A stretch of 64,000 bases of DNA, from the NCBI GenBank assembly GCA_963729715.1, contig CAVSPA010000006.1, forward strand, positions 320,001 through 384,000. The letters run 5' to 3'. The DNA comes from an uncultured delta proteobacterium. GTDB lineage: Bacteria; Desulfobacterota; Syntrophia; Syntrophales; UBA2185. Shown in pieces: positions 1 to 8,156 of the stretch (position 1 is the first letter of the stretch; each line of letters starts with the position of its first letter). The position numbers and the translations under genes are program-made. The notes under the pieces were generated by a model that was not told the DNA's origin, searched no databases, and was given only the letters and a program-made list of their open reading frames with translations.

Positions 1-2835
1 GACGTTTCAGGCAGGATCATCTTCGGAAAGAGCTTTGATTTAAGGCATGGCGGGGAGACGCCCTTCCCAAGGGATCTGCAGGAAAGAATGGCCGCGAACG
101 ATATACTGACGAAGCATGCCAGTGCTGAAAAGAGCATTACAGGAGTCATGCTTTTTCCTGACGGACCAATGATAGTAGCGTCGCGGCCGATTTTGACGAG
201 CGAAGGGATGGGACCCATCCGCGGGACGCTGATCATGGGACGCAGCCTTGATTATTTCAGGGTAAAGCAGTTTGCCAAAATGACTAATTTGTCTCTTGTC
301 ATGCATAAGGCGGACGACGAACACATGCCTCCTGACATGAAGGCAATCAATCCGTTGTTGTCGGAGGGTAAGCCGGTCATCCTGAGGCCGCTGAACGAAG
401 ATATCATTGCCGGATACGCTCTGGTAAGAGATATCTTTGGCAAGCCTGCTCTTCTCTTGCGAGTGGATCAGCCGAGAATAATCCACAAGGAGGGACAAGC
501 CACACTACGCTATCTTCTGATCTCGCTTTTTGTCATTGCCTTTGTTTTCAGCCTTGTAACCATTGTGCTTCTCGAAAAGTCAGTCTTGCGGAGACTCACC
601 CGGCTGAGCAACGACGTCAGACAGATAGCCTCCGCCGGAAATTTTTCAAGGCGGGTCTCACCCATAGGAAGCGATGAATTGTCAAATCTTGCATGTGAAA
701 TAAATGGCATGCTCGGGAAACTCGAAGAGGCAGAAAAATTCAGGGAGGAAACAAATGAGGCGCGCTACCGCGCTGTTGTCGAAGATCAGACGGAGCTGAT
801 CTGCCGCTACCTGCCTGACGGGACGATCGCCTTTGTTAATGATGCGTGCTGCCGATATTATGATAAGGATAAGAGTAATTTCTTAGGCCTGAACTTCATT
901 TCCCTTATTCCGGAAGAATATGAAAAGTTCACTGAAAGAATAGCGTCCTTCAGCACGCAAAATCCAGTAACGAAGACGGAATATCAAATCTTGACGCCCA
1001 ACAGGGAAGTCCGATGGCAGCAATGGACGGACCGGGCGATATTTGATCAAAAAGGTCAAGTTATCGAGTTCCAATCTGTAGGACGCGATATCACCGACAT
1101 TAAACAGGCTGAGGGGGCATTGAAGCATCTTGTGGAACTGGAGAACCTTCTCACCATCATATCCACTAATTTCATAAACCTTGCTGCAGAAGACATCGAT
1201 ATCGGCATCGACCAGGCATTGCAGAAGATTGGGAGGCTGGTGGGCGCAGACAGAAGCAAAGTGTTTCTATCCATGGATGATGGCAAGACAGTATACAATA
1301 CCCATGAATGGTGTAGAGAGGGGATAGAACCACAGATTGAGGACCTGCAGGACATTTCCGTCGCCGATGTCATGCCGTGGGCCTACGATAGAATCAGGAG
1401 ACATGAAGTCCTTCATATGCCTAGTATTGCAGATCTGCCGCCGGAGGCTGATTCGGAAAGGAGAATGTTCGAGGCGCGGCGTATCCGTTCTCTTATAAGG
1501 GTGCCTATGCTATCGCGCGGATCATTGGTCGGGCTCCTGGGATTTGATTCTGTTGATGAGGAAAAGAGATGGCCGGAGGATATCATCGTCGTGCTAAAGA
1601 TAGTGAGTTCCATTTTCGTTAATGCCTTGGAGCGAAAGCGCACGGAAGAGGCGCTGCGAAAAAGCGAAAAAGGACTCCGTCAGGCTCAGAAGATGGAAGC
1701 CATCGGCACCCTGGCCGGGGGCATTGCCCATGATTTTAATAATATCCTGGGCGCTATACTCGGTCTAACGGAAATGACATTGTATGAATGCCGCGAGGCT
1801 TCACAGAAGCGACGGTTGGAACAGGTCATCAAGGCCTGTGACCGGGCCAAAAATCTGGTTAATCATATTCTTACTTTCAGCCGCCAGGGTGAGCAGGAAA
1901 GGAGGCCCGTTGATATGGGCGTCATAATCAAAGAGGCCCTCAATCTGCTGAGAGCTTCGCTTCCGTCCACGATAAGCATCTCCTCTGATATTCCATCTAA
2001 CTCGAACACTGTTTTGGCGGACCCTACGCAGCTTCACCAAATCATGATGAATTTATGCACTAATGCGGCGCATGCCATGCGAGAAAAGGGCGGAGTTATG
2101 AGCATCAGCCTTGAAGGTGTGGACATCGATTCTATGGCGCTGTCCTCCACTCCAGACCTTAAACCGGGGCCTTACGTAAGACTGCTTGTGAGCGACACAG
2201 GTCACGGCATTGCCCCAGCCGTCATAGACCGCATCTTTGATCCTTTCTTTACAACGAAAAAAACCGGGGAAGGAACGGGCTTGGGACTTTCAGTGGTGTA
2301 CGGTATTGTTAAAAGCTATGGCGGGACAATCAATGTTTATAGCGAGCCGGGGATCGGAACGACCTTCAAGGTTTATCTGCCAAAGATTGAAACCAGCACC
2401 GCTGTAGAAACCAAGTCGATAGAGCCAATCCCCGGAGGAAAGGAACATATACTCTTCGTTGATGATGAGGAGATGCTCGCTGAGACCGGAAGGGAAATGG
2501 TTCAATATCTCGGCTATACCGTGGCCGCCAGGACGAGCAGCATCGAAGCCTTGGAAGCTTTTCGTGCACAACCGGATCGATTTGATATGGTCATTACGGA
2601 CATGACGATGCCCAACATGACGGGGGTTGAGCTTGCCAGGGAAATCCATCGTGTCCGGTCGGACATCCCTATTATCATATGTACGGGCTTCAGTGAGTTT
2701 ATTAATGAAGCGGAAGCAGGAAGGCTGGGTATCCAGAAGCTTCTCATGAAACCGCTCTTCTTGAAAGACCTCGCTCTTGCAATGAGAGATATATTAGATA
2801 AAGAAAAGAACTCCGCTGAGACTGAGACCTGTTAA
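1..2835 (+). CDS. Hybrid sensor histidine kinase (periplasmic CHASE4-like, HAMP, PAS, GAF, HisKA, HATPase, receiver); 5'-truncated by window edge
   Basis: Frame is open from base 1. H-box GIAHDFNN, N-box NLCTNA, G-boxes DTGHGI and GTGLGL, receiver FVDDE...TDMTMP...KP, PAS-like YRAVVEDQTELICR, TM then HAMP. Confidence 0.92.
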   Translation, partial: DVSGRIIFGKSFDLRHGGETPFPRDLQERMAANDILTKHASAEKSITGVMLFPDGPMIVASRPILTSEGMGPIRGTLIMGRSLDYFRVKQFAKMTNLSLVMHKADDEHMPPDMKAINPLLSEGKPVILRPLNEDIIAGYALVRDIFGKPALLLRVDQPRIIHKEGQATLRYLLISLFVIAFVFSLVTIVLLEKSVLRRLTRLSNDVRQIASAGNFSRRVSPIGSDELSNLACEINGMLGKLEEAEKFREETNEARYRAVVEDQTELICRYLPDGTIAFVNDACCRYYDKDKSNFLGLNFISLIPEEYEKFTERIASFSTQNPVTKTEYQILTPNREVRWQQWTDRAIFDQKGQVIEFQSVGRDITDIKQAEGALKHLVELENLLTIISTNFINLAAEDIDIGIDQALQKIGRLVGADRSKVFLSMDDGKTVYNTHEWCREGIEPQIEDLQDISVADVMPWAYDRIRRHEVLHMPSIADLPPEADSERRMFEARRIRSLIRVPMLSRGSLVGLLGFDSVDEEKRWPEDIIVVLKIVSSIFVNALERKRTEEALRKSEKGLRQAQKMEAIGTLAGGIAHDFNNILGAILGLTEMTLYECREASQKRRLEQVIKACDRAKNLVNHILTFSRQGEQERRPVDMGVIIKEALNLLRASLPSTISISSDIPSNSNTVLADPTQLHQIMMNLCTNAAHAMREKGGVMSISLEGVDIDSMALSSTPDLKPGPYVRLLVSDTGHGIAPAVIDRIFDPFFTTKKTGEGTGLGLSVVYGIVKSYGGTINVYSEPGIGTTFKVYLPKIETSTAVETKSIEPIPGGKEHILFVDDEEMLAETGREMVQYLGYTVAARTSSIEALEAFRAQPDRFDMVITDMTMPNMTGVELAREIHRVRSDIPIIICTGFSEFINEAEAGRLGIQKLLMKPLFLKDLALAMRDILDKEKNSAETETC

Positions 2836-2909
2836 TCCTTTAGCGTAATTCATAATGACGCCGCTTCCGATTGTTTATTTTTCCTATACAGGCCCCACCT
2901 CTCGAGCTC

Positions 2910-3503
2910 CTACTCATTTTTTTTGAGAGCTTCTTCGACCGGGGTGAGACGCGACACGATACTCCGGGAAAAGATTATTGCGAGGAGTATCGAAGGAAGG
3001 ACGATGATGAACAGCGTCAGGTATATGACATGATACAGTTGATTAAGAGACTCCGTGACTTCTGCAAGCGGACGGGCCAGCCGGACGTAACCCTTGACCG
3101 CAGTGTTATCTTTGATGGGAAGGGCGACATAGAGCATACTTTCCTGAAGCGTTGCACTGAATCGCGCAGCTTTGCCATAGCCCGTTGTCGCGGCTTGCTG
3201 TATTTCGGGACGGTTCAGGTGATTATCCATTTTTGCCGCATCTGCCTGGGAATCCGATATGACCTGTCCTGACTGATCGATTAGCGTCACCCGCATGTTT
3301 GACTCTTTGGCAATTTCCGGAACATGACGTGCAATGTTTTCCTCGGGCATAAGGGTGATGATCCTTGCTATGCCTGACATTTCATTCTCGATGTTCTGAG
3401 TAACTATGTCACGGATCTTCGGGGTGAGAAAAAAGTCCAGGACGGCGACCATCAGAAAGACCAGGATCAGATACGAGGAGAATATTGCTAAGAATCGTTT
3501 CAT
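2910..3503 (-). CDS. Stand-alone PhoR-like membrane sensor domain (TM-periplasmic-TM), no kinase core
   Basis: Colinear with the N-terminus of PhoR at 24334-26097 (RVTLID..G.V..DS, MD.HLNRPEIQ.A, MLY.A.P, GY.R.ARPL.EV). Ends shortly after TM2. SD AGGGGG upstream. Confidence 0.8.
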   Translation of the reverse strand: MKRFLAIFSSYLILVFLMVAVLDFFLTPKIRDIVTQNIENEMSGIARIITLMPEENIARHVPEIAKESNMRVTLIDQSGQVISDSQADAAKMDNHLNRPEIQQAATTGYGKAARFSATLQESMLYVALPIKDNTAVKGYVRLARPLAEVTESLNQLYHVIYLTLFIIVLPSILLAIIFSRSIVSRLTPVEEALKKNE

Positions 3504-3581
3504 ATTATAACCCCCTTCAATCTAGAAGTATCTATATAATCACTATATCACCGGTGCTAATTTGGAAAGATATAAAACGAA

Positions 3582-4583
3582 CTAACTAATTGCAAGCAAA
3601 GAAAGATACAGTGCCGCTGCGATTAATCCCGATATGGGTATTGTTAAAACCCAAGCCCAGATGATATTTCCCGCAATTCCCCAACGGACGGCCGTCAATC
3701 GCTTTGTCGCTCCCACCCCCATAATTGCTCCCGTAATCGTGTGGGTCGTGCTCACAGGAATGCCTGCTAAAGAAGCGCCAATGATAGAAATGGCAGCAGC
3801 AGTTTCTGCACAGAAACCTCCCATGGGTTGAAGTTTCGTAATCTTTGTTCCCATTGTCTTAACAATCCGCCATCCCCCCGAAATTGTTCCCAATGCAATA
3901 ACCAGATAACAAACAAACTCAACCCAATAAGGGATATAAAAAGTAGAGCCCAGGTAGCCGCTGCTGAAAAGAACGACAGCAATAATTCCCATAGTCTTCT
4001 GAGCATCGTTCATACCATGGCTGATACTGAAAACAGCCGCAGAAAACAACTGGAACTTCCTGAACATACTGCCTGCACCAGCTACTGAAAAATATCGGGA
4101 GGAATTCAAGGTCAAAGTCATTAAAATTAATCCGAGGGCCAGGCCGATGAGGGGGGAAAGAATGATGAAACTCGCCGTCTTGATGATCCCCTTCCAAACC
4201 AGAACCTCTGTTCCTCCTTTCAGGAGGCCGGTTCCGATCAGGCCGCCGATGAGGGCATGGGAGGAACTGCTCGGCAGCCCCAGCCGCCAGGTAATGAGGT
4301 TCCAAATTATGGCGCCTCCTAAAGCGGAGAAAATAAGTAGGTTGTCCACAATTCGAGGACTGATAATCCCCGTACCGACAGTCTTTGCCACCTGTGCGCC
4401 AATAAAGAAGACAGCCACGAAGTTGAATAAGGCCGCCCACATAACGGCATATTGGGGACTCAGTACACGGGTCGAAACGACCGTGGCAATTGAATTTGCG
4501 GCATCATGAAAGCCGTTAATAAAATCAAAGACGAGGGCGATGAAAACGATGATAATAACGGAAATTAGGGGGTAACTATCCAT
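3582..4583 (-). CDS. pit: Inorganic phosphate transporter, PiT family
   Basis: Signatures GFHDAANSIAT, GLPSSSSH, HGMNDAQK, PVSTTH; multi-TM hydrophobic protein. Confidence 0.95.
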   Translation of the reverse strand: MDSYPLISVIIIVFIALVFDFINGFHDAANSIATVVSTRVLSPQYAVMWAALFNFVAVFFIGAQVAKTVGTGIISPRIVDNLLIFSALGGAIIWNLITWRLGLPSSSSHALIGGLIGTGLLKGGTEVLVWKGIIKTASFIILSPLIGLALGLILMTLTLNSSRYFSVAGAGSMFRKFQLFSAAVFSISHGMNDAQKTMGIIAVVLFSSGYLGSTFYIPYWVEFVCYLVIALGTISGGWRIVKTMGTKITKLQPMGGFCAETAAAISIIGASLAGIPVSTTHTITGAIMGVGATKRLTAVRWGIAGNIIWAWVLTIPISGLIAAALYLSLLAIS

Positions 4584-4981
4584 GTATTCGAGCCATCATT
4601 TCCTCTGCCATTGAGCCGTCATCAGTTGCATCAATATCACCCGTCATGCATAGGCGCGGCTCATCTATCACAGTTCTTCGCTGATAGTCAACGAGCAATC
4701 ATCACCTGAAACAGTAAAGTGCCAGAATTCATCTGGAATGGCCGTATCCCTTGATTCAGCGCAGATACTGGTCATGTTTATCATGAACTTTGATTTCGAG
4801 TTCATTGTGCAATGTTATCCCTTGCGTCCGTATCTTCAGAGTAGTTTAAAGCTATCATTATCCTCTCCCTTAATTATCATTGCCTTCCATAGACAATTCC
4901 GCCGTAGATGCTTATACTACTGGCAATGCTAAAATCTTTCCAGATTGTATTTTGCGAATTAATCAAGAGTGAGAGGTATAG

Positions 4982-5194
4982 ATGGTTATGGCATTGGTCT
5001 TAGCTGGCGAGGATAACGAGAAGAAAATCCATCTGAACTCCATCGAGATACTGGCAAGAGAACTCCACAAAGCAACAGGAGAGTTAGCTCCGATTTACAC
5101 GAGGATACTTGATGATTTGCAAAAGCAGGCGCGTGTGAAGATATTTCTGCATATCCTTGTGAGCAAGAAGGTCAAGGAGCTTATAAGGAATTGA
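4982..5194 (+). CDS. Small helical protein, DUF3562-like
   Basis: SD GAGGT before ATG. 70 aa with L...ARVK.FL.ILV.K.VKE pattern recalled for DUF3562/three-helix-bundle proteins. Confidence 0.55.
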   Translation: MVMALVLAGEDNEKKIHLNSIEILARELHKATGELAPIYTRILDDLQKQARVKIFLHILVSKKVKELIRN

Positions 5195-5285
5195 GAAGAT
5201 TCTCGGAGGGCGTGGATGTGTGGAATGATGAACCCCATAAATAAGAAGATGTAAGTAACAAGCTGGTATTCCCGAAAGGACGCTG

Positions 5286-6170
5286 ATGAAAATCAATTCT
5301 AAACATTTCCTGGTCCCGGCAGGAGAAAAAGTCAAACTCAAACGGTGGCCGACTCTGGTCAAGCCCTGCTACAAGTCAAAGGAGCACTATAAGGAAATCC
5401 TGGCTGAACACATCTCGGAACTGAGTGAGCTGCAGAGTCTGCTCTATGCTTACAATCGTTATTCGGTGCTGCTGGTTTTTCAAGGCATGGACGCCGCCGG
5501 TAAAGACAGCGCCATCAAACACGTGATGTCCGGCGTGAATCCGCAAGGCTGCGAGGTTTTCACTTTCAAGCAGCCGAGTGATGAAGACCTGAAGCACGAT
5601 TTTCTATGGCGCGCGATTTGCCGTCTGCCCGAACGCGGTCGGATCGGCATCTTCAACCGTTCCTATTACGAAGAAGTGCTGATCGTTCGTGTGCATCCGC
5701 AAATTCTTCACGACGAAGGGCTACCGGATGATTTGCCGGACGAAAAGACGATTTGGGAGGAGCGGTATCGTTCCATCGTGGACTTGGAGAAGCATCTCCA
5801 CCGCAACGGCACACGGATCGTGAAGTTCTTCCTTCACCTGTCGAAGAACGAGCAGCGAAAGCGATTCCTCGAGCGCATTGATGAGCCGGGAAAAAACTGG
5901 AAATTCAGCCTCTCGGACATTAACGAGAGGAACTACTGGAAGCATTACATGAAGGCTTATGAGGCTTGCCTTACCGCGACAAGCACCGATCACGCGCCCT
6001 GGCACGTCGTTCCCGCCGATGACAAGGAGAATGCACGGTTGATTATTTCCCAGATTTTCCTTGATGCGCTCAATGAACTTAAGATGGCATATCCCAAGAC
6101 CACCGCGAAACGTCGGCGTGAACTGAAATCTATTCGCAAACTGCTTTCAACACAAGACCATGACCAATAA
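5286..6170 (+). CDS. ppk2: Polyphosphate kinase 2, single domain (class III-like polyP:nucleotide phosphotransferase)
   Basis: Walker [10 protein letters not shown], Walker B FNRSYYE, lid K.WKFS..D..ER, W..VPAD.K. Confidence 0.93.
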   Translation: MKINSKHFLVPAGEKVKLKRWPTLVKPCYKSKEHYKEILAEHISELSELQSLLYAYNRYSVLLVFQGMDAAGKDSAIKHVMSGVNPQGCEVFTFKQPSDEDLKHDFLWRAICRLPERGRIGIFNRSYYEEVLIVRVHPQILHDEGLPDDLPDEKTIWEERYRSIVDLEKHLHRNGTRIVKFFLHLSKNEQRKRFLERIDEPGKNWKFSLSDINERNYWKHYMKAYEACLTATSTDHAPWHVVPADDKENARLIISQIFLDALNELKMAYPKTTAKRRRELKSIRKLLSTQDHDQ

Positions 6171-6193
6171 ACAAACGTCGCCGATTTTTTTTC

Positions 6194-6499
6194 CTATCGT
6201 TCCATGCCGATATCATACCCGAGCTTTGTCTCCTTTTCTCGGAGTTTTCGGATTGCTTTCCTGAAGTGCACATACCGCCTCGCCGATTCGACTATGAGAA
6301 GGACGCCCAGGATAATAAAGACCAGCCCTGCGCAAAAATAGAAGAGACCGCTCAGAAACTTCATTACAGCGAGACCTACGGATGTGAAGGCCAGGCCTGT
6401 CTGCATGTATGAATGCATGGTCCTCTCGCGTGAGAGGAGGGTTTGTTCCTCCATGAGGAGCAGTTTGATATCGCCGTTGCTCTCCGTATCGCGCACCAT
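6194..6499 (-). CDS. DUF202 (YidH-like) small membrane protein
   Basis: LSRERTMHSYMQTGLA motif followed by two TM helices. Confidence 0.75.
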   Translation of the reverse strand: MVRDTESNGDIKLLLMEEQTLLSRERTMHSYMQTGLAFTSVGLAVMKFLSGLFYFCAGLVFIILGVLLIVESARRYVHFRKAIRKLREKETKLGYDIGMER

Positions 6500-6607
6500 C
6501 CTTTCAATTTCAGATATTTATTTCATAAAGAATAAAATCCGAAATTACCTGCCTACCGAAGCCTCGAAAGAGCGGAGTTCGGTCGGGTGAATTAGTAGAC
6601 GTTTAAC

Positions 6608-7054
6608 TCAAATTCTTTCATCAAGTTTGTTCATTAATAGGCTCGCCAGGTAAATTAAGTGTTTAGCTCCCCTCTCTTTGAGGTCTAAATTATGATGGGC
6701 CTTGGGGTTTCTTATACCAATCATGGCCCCCGCAAAAATTACCATGTATCCTTCTTGGATATTTCGCCCAGATTCAGTGGAAAGATCATCAAGAACGATT
6801 AGAGGATTACTGGGCGAAAAGGCTGTACGCATAAGCGATGCGCCGTCTAATTCTCTGTTAATCTTTCTTCTAACAATCTCTTTAACACAATTGTGCACCT
6901 CTTTTAGGGCTGCTTCAACGGCATCTGTATAATGCAAGCTTTCATAGCGACTCTTGGCCACAGAAGCTATTTTGGGATGAATGTCATCACAAAAATTATC
7001 TGGTAAAATTTCCCCCTCAATATCTCGACCAATGTCTTCTTGTTTTTCTTCCAC
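6608..7054 (-). CDS. TIGR02391 / Hypoth_Ymh family protein (HEPN-like)
   Basis: DAVEAA.K, DGASLM..AFS...P, Q.GYM..FAGAM.GIRNPKAH with RxxxxH motif; GTG start after AGGA. Confidence 0.8.
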   Translation of the reverse strand: MEEKQEDIGRDIEGEILPDNFCDDIHPKIASVAKSRYESLHYTDAVEAALKEVHNCVKEIVRRKINRELDGASLMRTAFSPSNPLIVLDDLSTESGRNIQEGYMVIFAGAMIGIRNPKAHHNLDLKERGAKHLIYLASLLMNKLDERI

Positions 7055-7092
7055 AATTCCTATGAGCGACTGCGATTTAATAATTGCCTCCT

Positions 7093-7686
7093 TTATGCCT
7101 TTTCTATACCCCTTGCGGATAAGATGACCTCTATACGGTCATGAATGGTCACCGCTGTTCTCAAAGCAAGAGCAAAGGACTTGAAAATTGCCTCTGCAAT
7201 ATGATGGTTATTCTCACCATAAAGAAGATTGATGTGCAAGGTCATTCCACTATTGTTTGAAAAAGATTCAAAAAATTTCTTTATCAGCGAGTAGTCGATT
7301 TCGCTGGCTTTATTGCTTTTGAACTTGACATTGTAAATCAGGCAGGGTCGTCCCGAAAGATCTATAACGACTTCGCACAGGCTTTCATCCATCGGAATGA
7401 CAGCAGTTCCGTAACGGGTTATCCCTTTCTTGTCACCGATAGATTCTTTAACGGCGTCGCCAAGACATATCCCAATATCCGCGATCAATCGATGATCATC
7501 TGTGTCTTTATGAACCTTGCTTCTTATGACCAGATCCATGAGAGCATGCCTCGCAAAGAGGGTAAGCATATGATCCATAAAAGGTATTGTTGTGGATATA
7601 TTGCCATTACCTGCACCATCGAGGCTTATATCTATGGAGATATTCGTCGCGGTTGTTCTCCTGTTTATTCTTGCCTTGCGCTTCAT
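7093..7686 (-). CDS. Imidazoleglycerol-phosphate dehydratase (HisB)-like protein with degenerate first metal motif
   Basis: FMDHML, GDKKGITRYG, PMDE, DLSGRP and NNHHIAEAIFK match IGPD, but DxHHxxED is replaced by DDHRLIAD. Confidence 0.85.
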   Translation of the reverse strand: MKRKARINRRTTATNISIDISLDGAGNGNISTTIPFMDHMLTLFARHALMDLVIRSKVHKDTDDHRLIADIGICLGDAVKESIGDKKGITRYGTAVIPMDESLCEVVIDLSGRPCLIYNVKFKSNKASEIDYSLIKKFFESFSNNSGMTLHINLLYGENNHHIAEAIFKSFALALRTAVTIHDRIEVILSARGIEKA

Positions 7687-8069
7687 TATCCATGTGCCTC
7701 TCGAATCAATTTATTCAATGGTTCGGGAATTATAATCTCTAACATTACATATGTTTTTTTTGACTAACACGATTTATATGAGAAATCTACTATGAATCGA
7801 CAAATCACAGCGCATGATTCAGGAAGGAGCAAGCGCTTCATCCTCCTTCCTTGTCAACGCACCTGAAAGCACCTGAAAATTGCCCGCTATCTATTGAAGT
7901 CGAGATTTTTGGGAAAAAGCTTTCCTCTCGTAATGCGCACGAGTGATCAATTGATAAGGACACATTTCATCGTTGGGAAACTATAATTGCCGAGAGGGAA
8001 ACAAGAGATGCTTTAACAGCTATGAATCACATGAAATTATATCAAAGAATCCGCAGGCCTGCCTTAATT

Positions 8070-8123
8070 GTCACAAGCTCTTAACACAACCATAATAAAA
8101 TCTTAACAAAATGCATGTACAAT
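8070..8123 (+). promoter_or_regulatory. Pho-box-like four-unit direct repeat plus -10 element
   Basis: GTCACA(8070), TTAACA(8081), ATAATA(8092), TTAACA(8103) at exact 11-bp period; TACAAT at 8118-8123. Confidence 0.7.
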
Positions 8124-8156
8124 AGTTATCTGAAAGAAGATTATCGGAGATTACAT

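Noticed and set aside
2917..2924. A8 run near the end of the PhoR-like gene as a frameshift or phase-variation site
   Set aside because: The shifted frame examined gives no HAMP/kinase sequence, and the convergent gene leaves no room.
4668..4860. Short minus-strand ORFs upstream of pit as a possible DUF47 remnant
   Set aside because: Translations (18 and 45 aa) show no DUF47/PhoU-like similarity that I can recognise.
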